Below the pieces are notes generated by a model. The model did not search any database and was not told where the DNA came from. It worked only from the letters and a program-made list of their open reading frames with translations. Positions 38,128 to 50,870 of a DNA stretch of 64,000 bases are shown piece by piece. Within the stretch, counting starts at the first letter, position 1. Every line of letters starts with the position of its first letter. The position numbers and the translations under genes are program-made. Source of the stretch: Piromyces finnis finn (taxonomy: Eukaryota; Fungi; Neocallimastigomycota); assembly GCA_002104945.1 (NCBI GenBank), contig MCFH01000036.1, positions 310,001 through 374,000 on the forward strand, read 5' to 3'.

Positions 38128-38410
38128 TATTTCACTTTCTCCTTTATATACATTTTATATATATATATTAATTAAAATACAACATAATAAAAAATAACTT
38201 TTAACTTACAAATAATTAACTTTTCTAGAATCATTAACTTTGTATATTTCTTCTTTTTCGTTAAAAAATAGAAAATTATTATATGTGTTGAAATTTCCTA
38301 AATATTTTATAATGTCATCACATTCATCTTCGTTTAAGTCTATTGTTTTGCTATTAACAAATGGTAAAGTTAATGACAATAACCCTAGTGTGTTTAATAT
38401 ATAATCAAAT
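35608..38410 (-). pseudogene. LRR/Thr-rich gene copy 3, pseudogene
   Basis: ATG removed by a deletion near 38410. Exon-1 Cys changed to Tyr. ~0.94 kb deletion from the end of exon 3 into exon 8. 384 bp in-frame deletion in the last exon. 2 nt insertion near 35680 gives a frameshifted end (DYLDQYLYIGF*). Confidence 0.85.
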
Positions 38411-39723
38411 TTTTGTAATTTTTTAATTTAAGTTTCCTTTTTTTTTTATCTCTTTCTAATTTATTATAATAATGCTGCTGTTATTGTCTTAACCATTTTT
38501 TATTGATATTACACTAATAAAATATTTAAAAGTCTTTATAATAAATAATAAGATAAATAATAAAATAAAGAAAAAAAAGAAAAGAATGAAATTCTTTTTA
38601 ATTAAATAAATTTAATTTATTTTTTAAATTATCCAATATATTAAAATGTATTTTTAATATACAGAATTACTTTTAAATAATATATTATAAAAAATAAATG
38701 GATAAACTAAAATATAAAAAAAATATTAAATGTTTAAAAAGGATTCATAATAAAGAAATAAATATTATGAAATATGTATTTATATGTATGATACATAAAT
38801 AACCCTTTCTATTAGAATGAAATATCAACTTTTAGCTAAAATAATTGATTTATAATCTTCTATTATTAACTTTATATATTAAATATTCTATTATTTTTTC
38901 TGAAAAAAATCTTCACACCCTTAAAATATTTTCCTTTTCTTTTTTAAATATAGTTCAAATTTGATAAAAGAATCTTCCCTTTACATACATTATTATATTT
39001 ACTATTAATACTAAAAATATGTATGAAAATAACATGAATAAATAATAATACGATAATAAAAAATATATATTAAAAATAAAAAATAAAAAGTAATATTTAT
39101 AATGATTATATTGTTTATTATGCATATTATTAAACTATTATTATGAAATGGATAATCAATAAGTCAAAATACTAAATCTTTTTATATATTTATATGAATA
39201 TGAATATATATTAATGTATTAATATCAAGTTATATTACTTTATTCAAACAGAAATATTTTATATAAATACAAATATATATATATATATATTACCATATGA
39301 ATTTCCATATTAATTATAGTAAATTGTCATGAAAAAGAAAGAAAAAATATAATTTCAATCTTTTTATTTTATATTATAGAATAAATTTATTATATTTTTT
39401 AAGTATATTACTTAAAAGTTATTCTATAATAATTAATGGAAATGCATTTATTGTATGCATGTATATACGTATTTTTATATATAAATAAATTGTATTTAAA
39501 TAATGTAAACTACTAAATATAATATTTCAAAAACTATAAATTTATTAATTAAAACTTGATATTATATATTATTATCTACTTTTATAAAAAAAAAATTTAA
39601 ATGAATTTATCTCTTTTTTTGTAAAAAAAAAAAAAAAATATTGAAATTAAATAAATTTCAAATTTTTTTATTTTTGAAAAAAAAAAAAAAAAGGTGTTAT
39701 TAATAAGCATTTAAGTTATTAAA

Positions 39724-41029
39724 ATGGAAAAAAATATATCATCATTTGAATTACCAGAAGCCTCAAAAATCAAACTTATAATTACAGGTAATTTCTTTTA
39801 AATTATAATATTACATTTATTTAAGCAAATGTAGCTAATTAAAAAAAAAAATTATAATAATATAAAAGTATTGACGTTTCTATTTTAGTATGGTTTAAAT
39901 AGCATATATTTCTATATAATACTAATCAACATCTAATAATATAATTATATAACTTTTAACAACTAAAATAATATTTCAAATAACAATAATAATAAGACCT
40001 TGATGGTACCTTGTTAAACTCAAGGAGAAGAGTTTCAGATAGAACTAGTATTGTTATTCATAACATTTTAAAAAGGTATCCTGATCTTCATTTTGTAATA
40101 GCAAGTGGTCGAGCAAAACCAGCAACAAAATTAATTCGTGAAAAGTTAGGTATTGAAAATAGACCTAATACCGAATCTTTACTTTGTAATGGATGTCTTG
40201 TCTACGATTCTAAGGGTAATATTTTATGACAGAATGTGATCCCAAAAGGATTTATGATAGAAGTTCAAAAAATGATATGTGAAGATGCATTACCAGAACA
40301 TGTAGCTATTTATTCAACCGGAGATTCAACAGTATTATTTGATGAAAAATGGCTTAACTTTGCCATAGAAAAATGTGATGAAGATGCTAGAATTGAAGAT
40401 AAGGAAGTTTTTCTTCAAAAAATTGAATCAGGAGAAGTAGAAGTCAATAAGATTGGTTTTATGATATTTGAGCCTTCAATAGCTGAAGGTAACTAATTAA
40501 TAATGATGTAGTAAACATGGGAATAATAACTTTAAAAAAAAATAACATAATAATATAAATAACCCTAGTAGATAAATTTTGTTTTCTTTTTATACATTAT
40601 AGTTTATATTCTTTTAATATGAAAAAAAATATATAATATAATAAAACTTAAATATTTTAATATTTTATTTATTATTTAAATGATCAAATAGAAATACAAT
40701 TTTTATTAAGTAAAGCAGCAAAAAAATACAATATGGAATGTACACGTTCAAATATAAACTTTATTGAATACATGCCACCTAATACGAATAAAGGAACTGG
40801 ATTAGCACAACTTAATGAATATTTAAATATTAAGAAGGAAGAAATAATAGCGTTCGGTGATGGAGGTAATGATATTGAGCTTCTTCAAAATGCTGGATGG
40901 TCAGTGGCGATGGAGAACGCCAATGAAAAATTAAAATCAATAGCTAAATTTGTAACAAAATCAAATTCAGAAGATGGCGTTGTTGATGTTTTGGAAAAAA
41001 TATTTTTAAGAGATGAGCAAATGAATTAA
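39724..41029 (+). pseudogene. Cof-type HAD-IIB phosphatase, copy 4, with one in-frame TGA (exons 39724-39787, 39997-40488, 40692-41029)
   Basis: All motifs and splice sites are intact, but ATT TTA TGA CAG at 40227-40229 sits where copies 3 and 6 have ATT/ATA GTA TGG CAG/CAA (Trp). Confidence 0.75.
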
Positions 41030-41529
41030 AACAGCCATCTTTTTTTTCCCTTAAGACATTTAAGATAATAATATTAAATAATGTAATATAAAAAGTTATT
41101 TTTAAGATATAAGATATAAAATAGAAATAAACGATACTATCATTTTTGTATGTTATATACTAGAAATTGATAAATAACATTAAATTATAAATAAGGATTA
41201 TTAATAATTTGTAAATACTAAAATAGTCATTATTATCATTATTCATTATTTTAAAATAATAAAATAATAAGAAAATTTGAATTATAATAATAAACTTTGT
41301 AAATATTATTTTAATGGCTTATTTATAACAAAAATAAACAACTGATTTTTTTTATAAATAAAAAATTTTAATTTAAAATACTATAAATTTTTCATTTTCA
41401 ATTATACATTAATATGAATGGTTAATGAAATTTATTAATAACAAAAAATATATATATGGATAGTTATTGGAGTATTGAAATTTGTATTTGAAAATTAAAA
41501 AGAAATTAAAATTTTAAAATTAAACAGAA

Positions 41530-43029
41530 ATGGATATTAAATTACCCGAAGCTTCAAAAATAAAGGTTATAGCAACTGGTATGTTTATCTAGAAATACTT
41601 TTTAAAAAAAAAATATATATATATATATATATTATAATTATGTCTAAAGATTTTCTTATTTTTAATTTCAATATGTTAGAAATAAAAAAAAAAAATAAAT
41701 AAATTAAACTTTTTTTTTTAATATTCATTCATAAAATAAATTATTTATAAACATAGCATATTATTAATTTATCATCATTAATAGTACAATATATATAATT
41801 AATTTCAATATTTTTGATATATTTTCATTACTTTATTTCAAATTTCAATGAATTTCATTTCTTTTTAACAATATTTATCATTTTAATTGTTTAATTTAAA
41901 TCTGGATAAATCAATATGATAAATTTTAATAAAAAAAATAAATAAATAATAAATGCATTTTAAAGATCTTGATGGTACATTATTAAATTCAAAGGGAAGA
42001 GTATCAGAAAGAAATAAAACAGTTATACGTAAAATTTTAGAAAAATATCCAGATATTCATTTTGTTATTGCTAGTGGCCGGGGTAGACCAGCAACTATGA
42101 GAGTTCGTCAAGACATAGGTATCATGGATAGACCAAATACAGAATCTATTTTATGTAATGGTTGTATAATATATGATTCCTGTGGTAATATATTATATCA
42201 GGAGCTTTTACCAAATGATCTTATACTTAAAATTCATAAAATTGTCCCTTCCCTTTCTGAATCTTGTTTTGAATATACATCAGGAGATGATGCTATCTTT
42301 TTTAAGGAAAAGTGGTCAAAATTTGCCCATGAAATGTATGATGAACAAACAATAACCGAAGATATGGATGAATTTTCAAAAAAAATCGAAGCTAATGAAA
42401 CCAAAATTAACAAAGTTTGTTTCATGGTATCTAAACCTTCAGAAATCAATGGTAAAAATCTAATAGTTATTGATAAAAAAAAATGAAAAAGAACAAGTAT
42501 AGAAGTATAGAATAAAGAAAGAAAGGGAAAAAAAGGATTATAAATAATTATTATTATAAATATAAATATTATTTAGAATAACAATTAGTAACCCTACTAT
42601 TTAAATCGTATATATAAATTATTATTAATATTTTTTTATCAACCTATATTTATATATAAATATATATCAATAAAATTATATATATATTAAGAAATTGTTG
42701 AAGCATTAGATAATTTAAAAAAAGAGTATAACATGGAATTATCTTATACAACACCTATTTTTATTGAATATATGCCATCCAACATCAACAAAGGATCAGG
42801 TTTAATTCATTTAATGAACATACTAAATGTTAAAAAGGAAGAAATCATTGCTTTTGGTGATGGAGGAAATGATTTTGAATTTCTTCAAAATGCTGGATGG
42901 CCGGTAGCTATGGCAAATGCTAATGAAAAATTAAAATCATATGCTTGTTTAATAACAAAATCAAATGAAGAAGATGGTGTAGCTGACCTATTAGAAAAAA
43001 TATTTCTTAAAGAAGAATTAATGAATTAA
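41530..43029 (+). CDS. Cof-type HAD-IIB phosphatase, copy 5 (exons 41530-41578, 41966-42451, 42692-43029)
   Basis: MDIKLPEASKIKVIAT-D|LDGTLL...ASGRGRP...KGSGL...AFGDGGND...SNEEDGVA. Confidence 0.92.
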
Positions 43030-43303
43030 CTAGTTTAAATTTTTTTTATCAACTTAAATGCATGTAAACTTTTTTTTTTTTTTGAGAAAAAAAAATAATT
43101 TCATTTTAATAAGAATTATTTATAAATTAATAAATTTTAAAATATATATTATTTAAATATTTAAATAGTGTAAATGAATCTTTTTTTTTTTTTTCTTCCT
43201 AAACTTAAAATAAGTTTAGAAAACTTTATTCCATATTTAAACTACTTTGTAAAATTGTATTTTTATGTTCAATGTGTATTTTTCTATACATACTGAGTAA
43301 TGT

Positions 43304-43313
43304 ATCACGTGAT
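43304..43313. promoter_or_regulatory. Second palindromic E-box ATCACGTGAT
   Basis: Identical to 7740-7749; lies between HAD copy 5 and CotH copy 2. Confidence 0.35.
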
Positions 43314-44750
43314 TTATAATATACACTCAAGTTTTTAAAAATACCCATGAATTTTGCGTAAAAAAAATACATATTAAATTATTTAGTAAATGCGGTGATA
43401 AGGCCTTTTCTTGAATAATAATAATAATAATTTAATAATCTTCATCAAGACAAGGAAAGGAAAGGAGTTATTTTATTATTTATATTAAAGTTACAAAAAT
43501 ATTTTTTTATATTTAATTTTTCCTTTTTATTTAATTTATTTTATTATTTTGATCATCCATGATTAAATTACTCATCAAATTTTAATAACCAATCTTTTAT
43601 ATTAATAGGAAAAATTATATACCAATTAATTTGAAACAGTAAATATCTTTAAAATTTATTTAAAAGAAAAAAAAAGCAGTTAATCTATAAAAGAAATATT
43701 TAAAATTAATAGTAAAAGAATTGATTTTTAAATGAATATTAAAATAATAAAAAATAAGCATTTATTTACAATGAATAAAACTATAAATAAATGACTTTTT
43801 TAAGTTACTTTGGTTGTTTCATAGAATAATACCAACACCTTTTGAATCATTTTGATATTAGTTGACATAAAATTATCATTTTGTGTATAAATTTTCCAGT
43901 CTTAAAAATCATATTAATTAAAGTTTTTAATTTATAATATATATTATATACAAAAATTCAAATTTAATATATTTATGATTTATATATAAAAAAGATAGGA
44001 CTTAAAAAAGGGGGGAAACTTTTTCATTAATTTTTAGACAAAAAAGCGATTTTTTTAAAAAAGGAAAATTAATATATTAATAGCAGTTAACAATATTAAA
44101 AAGAAAAAGAATTAATATAAAAATTGATTTCATTGGTTACGGCAAATATATTTAATAAAAAAAGGAAAAATAAAATAGATAAAAAAGTACAAATTAATTT
44201 ATATGGTTTAGGTATCTTTCTAATAAATATTATGATACTTATGATACAATAACTTTCAAAAAATTAAATGTTTTAATTGAAATTAATTAATAGGAATTTG
44301 GTATTGTATCATGTATATTTCTATATTGTTTATAATATACTGTAATATATTTTCATAATAAATTACAATTCTTGTTTATAATTTATATATAACACAAATT
44401 TATTTATAAATTCATAATGATTCATTTTATATATCAATTTTTATATATGCTACTATTTAATCATGTTATTTTGTTGTTGTTTCACTCCTAAAACATATTA
44501 AAAACTTTAATATATAATTAATAATTTCAAATATAGATAACAAATTTATATAAATAGGCTGCTTTTTTAAAAAAAAAAAAAAAAAAAAATTAAAAAGTAA
44601 AAAAAAAAAGTAAAATAAAATTATTAAAAAAAGTTGTTATATATATAATAAAGTAATATATATATCCAGCTATATATTTTAATTAATTTTGTTTTAGAGA
44701 AAAGAAATAATAAAAAGTTAAAAAAAATAATTTAATACAGCGAAAAAAAA

Positions 44751-46376
44751 ATGAAATCTTTATTATTTACAACTTTAATATTACTTTTAATTAATCTTAT
44801 CAATGCTCATTCTTATGAGTCACTTGGTATTGATGCTGTTCAAAAAAAGGAAACTGAAAAAATAATTGAGGATGAATCTCAATTCCCAGTTATTAATATT
44901 TCAACTAAAGATAATTCTGAATTAATTATTTCCAGAGAAAACTACACTGATAGTGTTGTTGATGTATTCAATATTGAAGATAAGTATAGATTAAAGGAAA
45001 GATCAGCAAGTGTTAAATTAAGAGGTAATTCTAGTAGTTTTTACGGTGATGTTAAAAAGGTATTAGCTAACCAAGTTCCATACAGAATTAAGTTCGATAA
45101 AAAGACCAATTTACTTGGCCTTCATGATGGTGAAAAGTTCAAGAACTGGGTTCTTCTTAAAATTGATGGTGACGTTATCAGAAATGATGTTGCTATTAGA
45201 ATGGGTAAAGTAATTTTCGATAAAAAATACTTTATCACTGATTCACATTTTGTCAAGCTCTACATCAATGATGTATTCAAAGGTATCTATTTACTCACTG
45301 AACATAACGAAATTGATGAAAAGAAAGTAAATATTTCCCAACCAGAAAAGAATTACAATGGCACTGATATTGGATACTATTTAGAACTTGATAACTATTT
45401 CTATGAAAACCCAGGAAAATACATTTCTCTTGATTATGAAAAAGCAACTGTTAAAGATATCAGAGGTGAAGAAAGAAAATTTGTTCCAGCTGAATATACA
45501 ATTAAAAATGATATATACTGTGAAGAACAATTATACTTTATTGGAAATTACACAAAGAATGTTTTCAATATTATTTACCAAGCTATTGAAAATGGTGAAT
45601 ACAAAACTTTTGATGAAGACTATAATCTTGTTAATTCTACTTTCACAAGTGTTGAAGAAACTATTTCAGCTGTATTTGATGTAGAATCTGCTGTTAATAC
45701 TTATCTTCTCTACGAAATTATTCATGATTATGATGTTGGTGAAGGTAGTTTCTTCTTTGCTGTTGATTTCTCTGAAAACAGTAAAATTAAGAAATTACAA
45801 ATGGTTTCTCCATGGGATTTCAACTGGGCTTACAGCGACAGTCCAAGAAGATACTGGGCTGGTGCTTTTTGTGATACAGCATTTGCTAAGAAATATGGTG
45901 ACAGAACAAATCCATGGTTTGTTTTACTTGCTAAAAACGATTGGTTCCATGAATTAGTCTCCAAAAAATGGGAAGGATTCTCTACTGCCATTAGAGCTCA
46001 ATTAGTTGAAGAAAATGCTTATCTTTACCAAAACTATAATGATGTTTTATTAGTTGGAAAATCTGTATTCAAAGGTGTTGATAATTTATACACTTGGATT
46101 AACAAAAGATTAGACTGGATTGATGAAGCTTTTGTTCCAGGAAAGAGTGCTTTACCAGTTCCAGATGAAAAGGATCCAGTTGTAACAACTACAACTAAAC
46201 CAGTTGAAACCACTCAACCAGTTGTTACCAAAACAACTACAGTTATTATCGAACCAACTATTGATGTTGAAACTACTGAATCAACTGAAATTGATTCCGA
46301 TGATGAACAAGAAGTTACAGCAGAAGCTGAAGAAGAACAAGATTCTGATTCTGAAGAAGAAGAAGAACAAGAATAA
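44751..46376 (+). CDS. Secreted CotH-family kinase-like protein, copy 2 (intronless; Thr/Pro-rich and acidic tail)
   Basis: Signal peptide; KLRGNSS, PYRIKFD, DVIRND, GIYLLTEH, HDYDVGEGSFFF, SPWDFN. Colinear paralogue of 13028-14650. Confidence 0.87.
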   Translation: MKSLLFTTLILLLINLINAHSYESLGIDAVQKKETEKIIEDESQFPVINISTKDNSELIISRENYTDSVVDVFNIEDKYRLKERSASVKLRGNSSSFYGDVKKVLANQVPYRIKFDKKTNLLGLHDGEKFKNWVLLKIDGDVIRNDVAIRMGKVIFDKKYFITDSHFVKLYINDVFKGIYLLTEHNEIDEKKVNISQPEKNYNGTDIGYYLELDNYFYENPGKYISLDYEKATVKDIRGEERKFVPAEYTIKNDIYCEEQLYFIGNYTKNVFNIIYQAIENGEYKTFDEDYNLVNSTFTSVEETISAVFDVESAVNTYLLYEIIHDYDVGEGSFFFAVDFSENSKIKKLQMVSPWDFNWAYSDSPRRYWAGAFCDTAFAKKYGDRTNPWFVLLAKNDWFHELVSKKWEGFSTAIRAQLVEENAYLYQNYNDVLLVGKSVFKGVDNLYTWINKRLDWIDEAFVPGKSALPVPDEKDPVVTTTTKPVETTQPVVTKTTTVIIEPTIDVETTESTEIDSDDEQEVTAEAEEEQDSDSEEEEEQE

Positions 46377-47600
46377 AGCTGTAAATAAAGGAAATTTTTA
46401 TATAAAGTTTTAAATAAATATATTCATAAATTTTGTAATAATTAAGTATAAATAATAATATAATTCAAATTAGCTTTTGATAAGTTAACCCTCCATAAAA
46501 TAAAAGAATCTAATAGAATAGAAAAAAAAAAAGCATTTTAAAAGAAAAAATATATAATTAAAGGAGGAAGTAAATAAATAAATATAAATAAATATGTTTA
46601 TTTAATTATTAATTGTAAATTAAAAAAATATTTTATAAAAAAAAAAACAAGAAAAAAATAAAAAATAATAAAAAAAATATTTAAGTTTAAATTTTTATTT
46701 TTAAAAATATTGTTTACTACTAATATTAAATAATAATTTCTAAATTCTAATAAAACAATTAAAAAAAAAAAATTGATCTACATGTAATAAATTAATAGAA
46801 AATATTAAATATAACCCAAAATGGTGTTAAATTTAACTCTCTTTTGGAGAATATGAATTAAATTACTATAATATATAATAAATAAATAAATTTTTTAATG
46901 GAATACATTTTTTAAATGAAATGATTCATTATTTCTATCTACAAGAAATTAATATTTTTTTTATCCTTTATGATGTTAAATGCTGGTAAAAAAAAAAAAG
47001 AATTTCATCTATCTTTCAATAAATATAATGTTGTTAAAAATAAATAATTGTTTTTATATTGTATAACTTATTTCTATAATAAAGAATATGTATAATAAAA
47101 ATCAAAATCTTTATAAAAATTTATATTAATTTATATAAAAAAAAAGGGGGTTATATTTAATCACTAGTTTTAAATCTTATTTAATACAGTTTAAAGATTG
47201 GAAAATAGAAAAATTAAATAAAAAATTATATATTAAATAAATAAATGAATTTGAAACTATAAAGAAGAAATTCAAAAGATGAAGAGTATACTTTAAATAA
47301 TAATGATAATTTTTATACTATTATATTTAAAAAAGTATTTTACCTTCAAATAAATCATCCATAAAATTGAATGTCCATAATTTAATAAATTAATTTCCCA
47401 TTTAGAATCAGAATTTTTAATATATTTAATTAATTAATTTTAATTAATTTTTTTAAAAAAAAATTTTCAAAATTTAATACTTCTATTATTAACCAATAGA
47501 AATTAACTTTTATTTTTACTATATAAAATTAACAATTATTAATTTTTTTTTATTTTTTTTTTGGTGAAACAAAGATTGAAGATTATCTTTTTAATAAATA

Positions 47601-47790
<190 letters not shown>

Positions 47791-48757
47791 AATGATATAA
47801 AAATAATATAGAAAATCATTTATAATTAATATAAATAATATATCATATATACCCATGCTTTATCTTTATTGAAGAGAAAAATTTTTTATTATTAAAAGGT
47901 TAGAAATGCTTTGCTGAAATATAAAAACATAAAGTTTAGTGTTATTGATAATTGTTTAGAAATGGTTTTTTTTTTTTTGGAAATTTTAGTAAAATTATCT
48001 AAAAATTATAATTTTACTAATTCAATTAATAATAATAACAATATTAATGTTAACAAAATTATTTATGAAAAAATATTGGAATTGATTTGGCAACACTTAT
48101 TCTCTCTCCAAAGATATTTTTTTTACTATGAAAAATTGATAATAGAGCAATGGCATAATGTTCAATGAATTAATCTTGGGAGATTATTTTCTAGTTAAAT
48201 CTTATTTAAATGTATATTTTCCAGTTAAAAAATTATGAGTCAGAAATATATATAATAGTATATTATATAGTTTTGATTTATTTGTTTGTTTTTAATATTT
48301 AAATTAATAGAAAATCTCATTGATTAATCATTAGTTATTATTATTGTTTATCCATTTCAATGAATAATAACTATTATAAAACGTATTTCAAACAAATATT
48401 AAAACTATTCAAAAAATTATAAAACTAAAAGCCAAAAAACGTATTAAAACTATTATAAAACTTTACATCCAAAAAATGGTTAAAATAATTATAAAATTTA
48501 TGGATGACTCAAAAAATTTTCCGCTATTAATAATCCAATTAGTAATTACTAATAAATATAATTTTTTTAATTTATTATTATAAATTATTATTTTTAAAAT
48601 TTTAAAATTTTTAATAAAATAGGAATTATCCATTTCAATAATTTTAAAAAAAAAAAAGAAAGTGTACATTGATTCTATAAGTTTTGATACTTTTTAATTT
48701 TATTAAAATAAATATAATAATTGTTATAATACACAAAATATTTTAATAATAAACAAG

Positions 48758-49928
48758 ATGACAACTGCACTACCTGATAAATCACAAATTAAACTTATCA
48801 CAACTGGTAATTGTCTTCACATTTAATGTTATTCTCATTATTATTATAAGTTATTAAATATTAAGTGTTTTAATATTTCTTTTCTTATATCCAAATAATA
48901 ATAATAAATAAATAATGCAATAAAGAATAAATTAATATATTAATATATTATTGTTAGTGATTAAAATGTAATAAAAGTAGTACCTCAATTAAAGTAAAAA
49001 TTCATTTATTTTTATTTTATTTTTTCTAATAAACGTATATTATTATAAACAAAGAAAAATAAATAAATTAAATAAAAAAAAAAAAAAAGTAATGTTATTT
49101 AATAATTATTTATCATTATTTCCCTATATTGAAAAAATATATATTTTCCAATTCACTTTTAACAATGGTTTTTGAAGTTCTTTTTTTATTTTATTTTATT
49201 ACTAAAATATTCAAAGTTAACATGTACTAGTAAAAGATATATATACTTGAAGATATAAACAGAAAAAAAATCTTGTTAATGTTATTCTTTTATTTCATTT
49301 TTCGAATTTATCTTTTCTTTATTATAAGAATATATATATTCCAAAAAAAAAAAAAAGTAACAAAAAAAGTAAAATAAAGTTATTATTTCTTTTATATTAT
49401 TTTAATTTATTTTAATAGACCTTGACGGTACCTTATTAGATTCAGAAGGAAATGTTTCAGAAAGAACTAGAACTGTTATTCGTAAAGTTTTAGAAAAATA
49501 TCCTGATCTTCATTTTGTATTGGCTAGTGGTAGAGCTAGACCAGCTACTATGGAAATTCGCGAAGCTCTTGGTATTTTAGATAGACCAAATACAGAATCT
49601 CTTCTTTGTAACGGTTGTATTATCTATGATTATCAGGGTAATATAGTATGGCAAAGTACTTTACCAAAAGAATTTGTTATTAAAGCCTATAATTTATTTA
49701 AAACCGATCCTACCTCCGTATATTTCTACTCAACGGGAGATGATGCTATTATGTTCAGTGAAAAATGGGCAAAGATATCTAGTGAACGTTACAAAGAACA
49801 TACTGTTCTTTCTGACAAGGAAGAATATATTAAAAAAGTCCAATCAGATAAAGTTAAAATTAATAAAATGTGTGCTATTGTTTCTGAAGGAAAAGATATT
49901 GAAAGTACGTTTTTTTTTTTATTGCTCA

Positions 49929-49967
<39 letters not shown>

Positions 49968-50391
49968 TTAAATATGTTATATATAAAAACACTGTTTATT
50001 AACAATATTGGGTCTTTATTTATATTATAATATATATTATTATATTGTTATTAAAAAATATAAAATAGAAATAAAACCTATTCTTTTGGAATATTGTAAA
50101 GAATATAATTTGGAATACGCTTATTCTACCTCATTCTTTTTAGAATTTATGCCACAAAACACCCATAAAGGTACAGCTTTAGAACAATTAATTAAAAATT
50201 TAAATATTAAAAAAGAAGAAGTATTAGCCTTTGGTGATGGTGGAAATGATATTAATCTTTTAAAGAGTTCTGGATGGCCAGTTGCTGTAGATAATGCATG
50301 TGACGAACTAAAATCCATAGCCAAAATAACTACTAAATCTAATGCTGAGGATGGTGTTGCCGATTTATTGGAAAGAATTTTCTTAAGCTAG
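48758..50391 (+). CDS. Cof-type HAD-IIB phosphatase, copy 6 (exons 48758-48806, 49419-49904, 50069-50391)
   Basis: MTTALPDKSQIKLITT-D|LDGTLL...ASGRARP...KGTAL...AFGDGGND...SNAEDGVA. Confidence 0.92.
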
Positions 50392-50870
50392 ATTTAAATC
50401 ATAATTATAATAAATAAATATATATATATATGATTTATTGATATTTAATTTTATAATAAAATTATCTAAAAAACATCTACATGATATATCATTAAAATTA
50501 ATTCCATATATCCTAAAACTATCCTACTAATTTTTATACTTCATACATTAAGTTAAATAAATTAAACACATTGACTATAAAATTGTAAAGATAAAAAAAT
50601 AAAAGCATGTTTATCAATAAAATTCGATGTAAATATTTTGTAAAATAATTATAAATACTAAATTTTTAAAGTCTTATTTCCAATATTTAAATATTATTAA
50701 TTAGCATATATTTATTTTCAAATATTATCATTAAAAATATATATTTTTAAAATTTATGAAGAAATAATAATACACATATACAAACATAATTTTAATAACT
50801 TATTATTTTTATTTTTAACTTTAGTTTTATTTTATTTTTTATTTATTTTATTTTTTATATCATTTTTTAA

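Noticed and set aside
16491-38410. Diversity-generating retroelement (RT plus variable region)
   Set aside because: The RT is a LINE APE-RT, not DGR type. Exon-3 differences are not adenine-specific and include an indel, and there is no TR/VR pair.
47902-48200. 85-aa ORF as a possible decayed exon
   Set aside because: No ATG, no recognisable motif, no convincing partner exons. It could be a gene relic, but I cannot support that.
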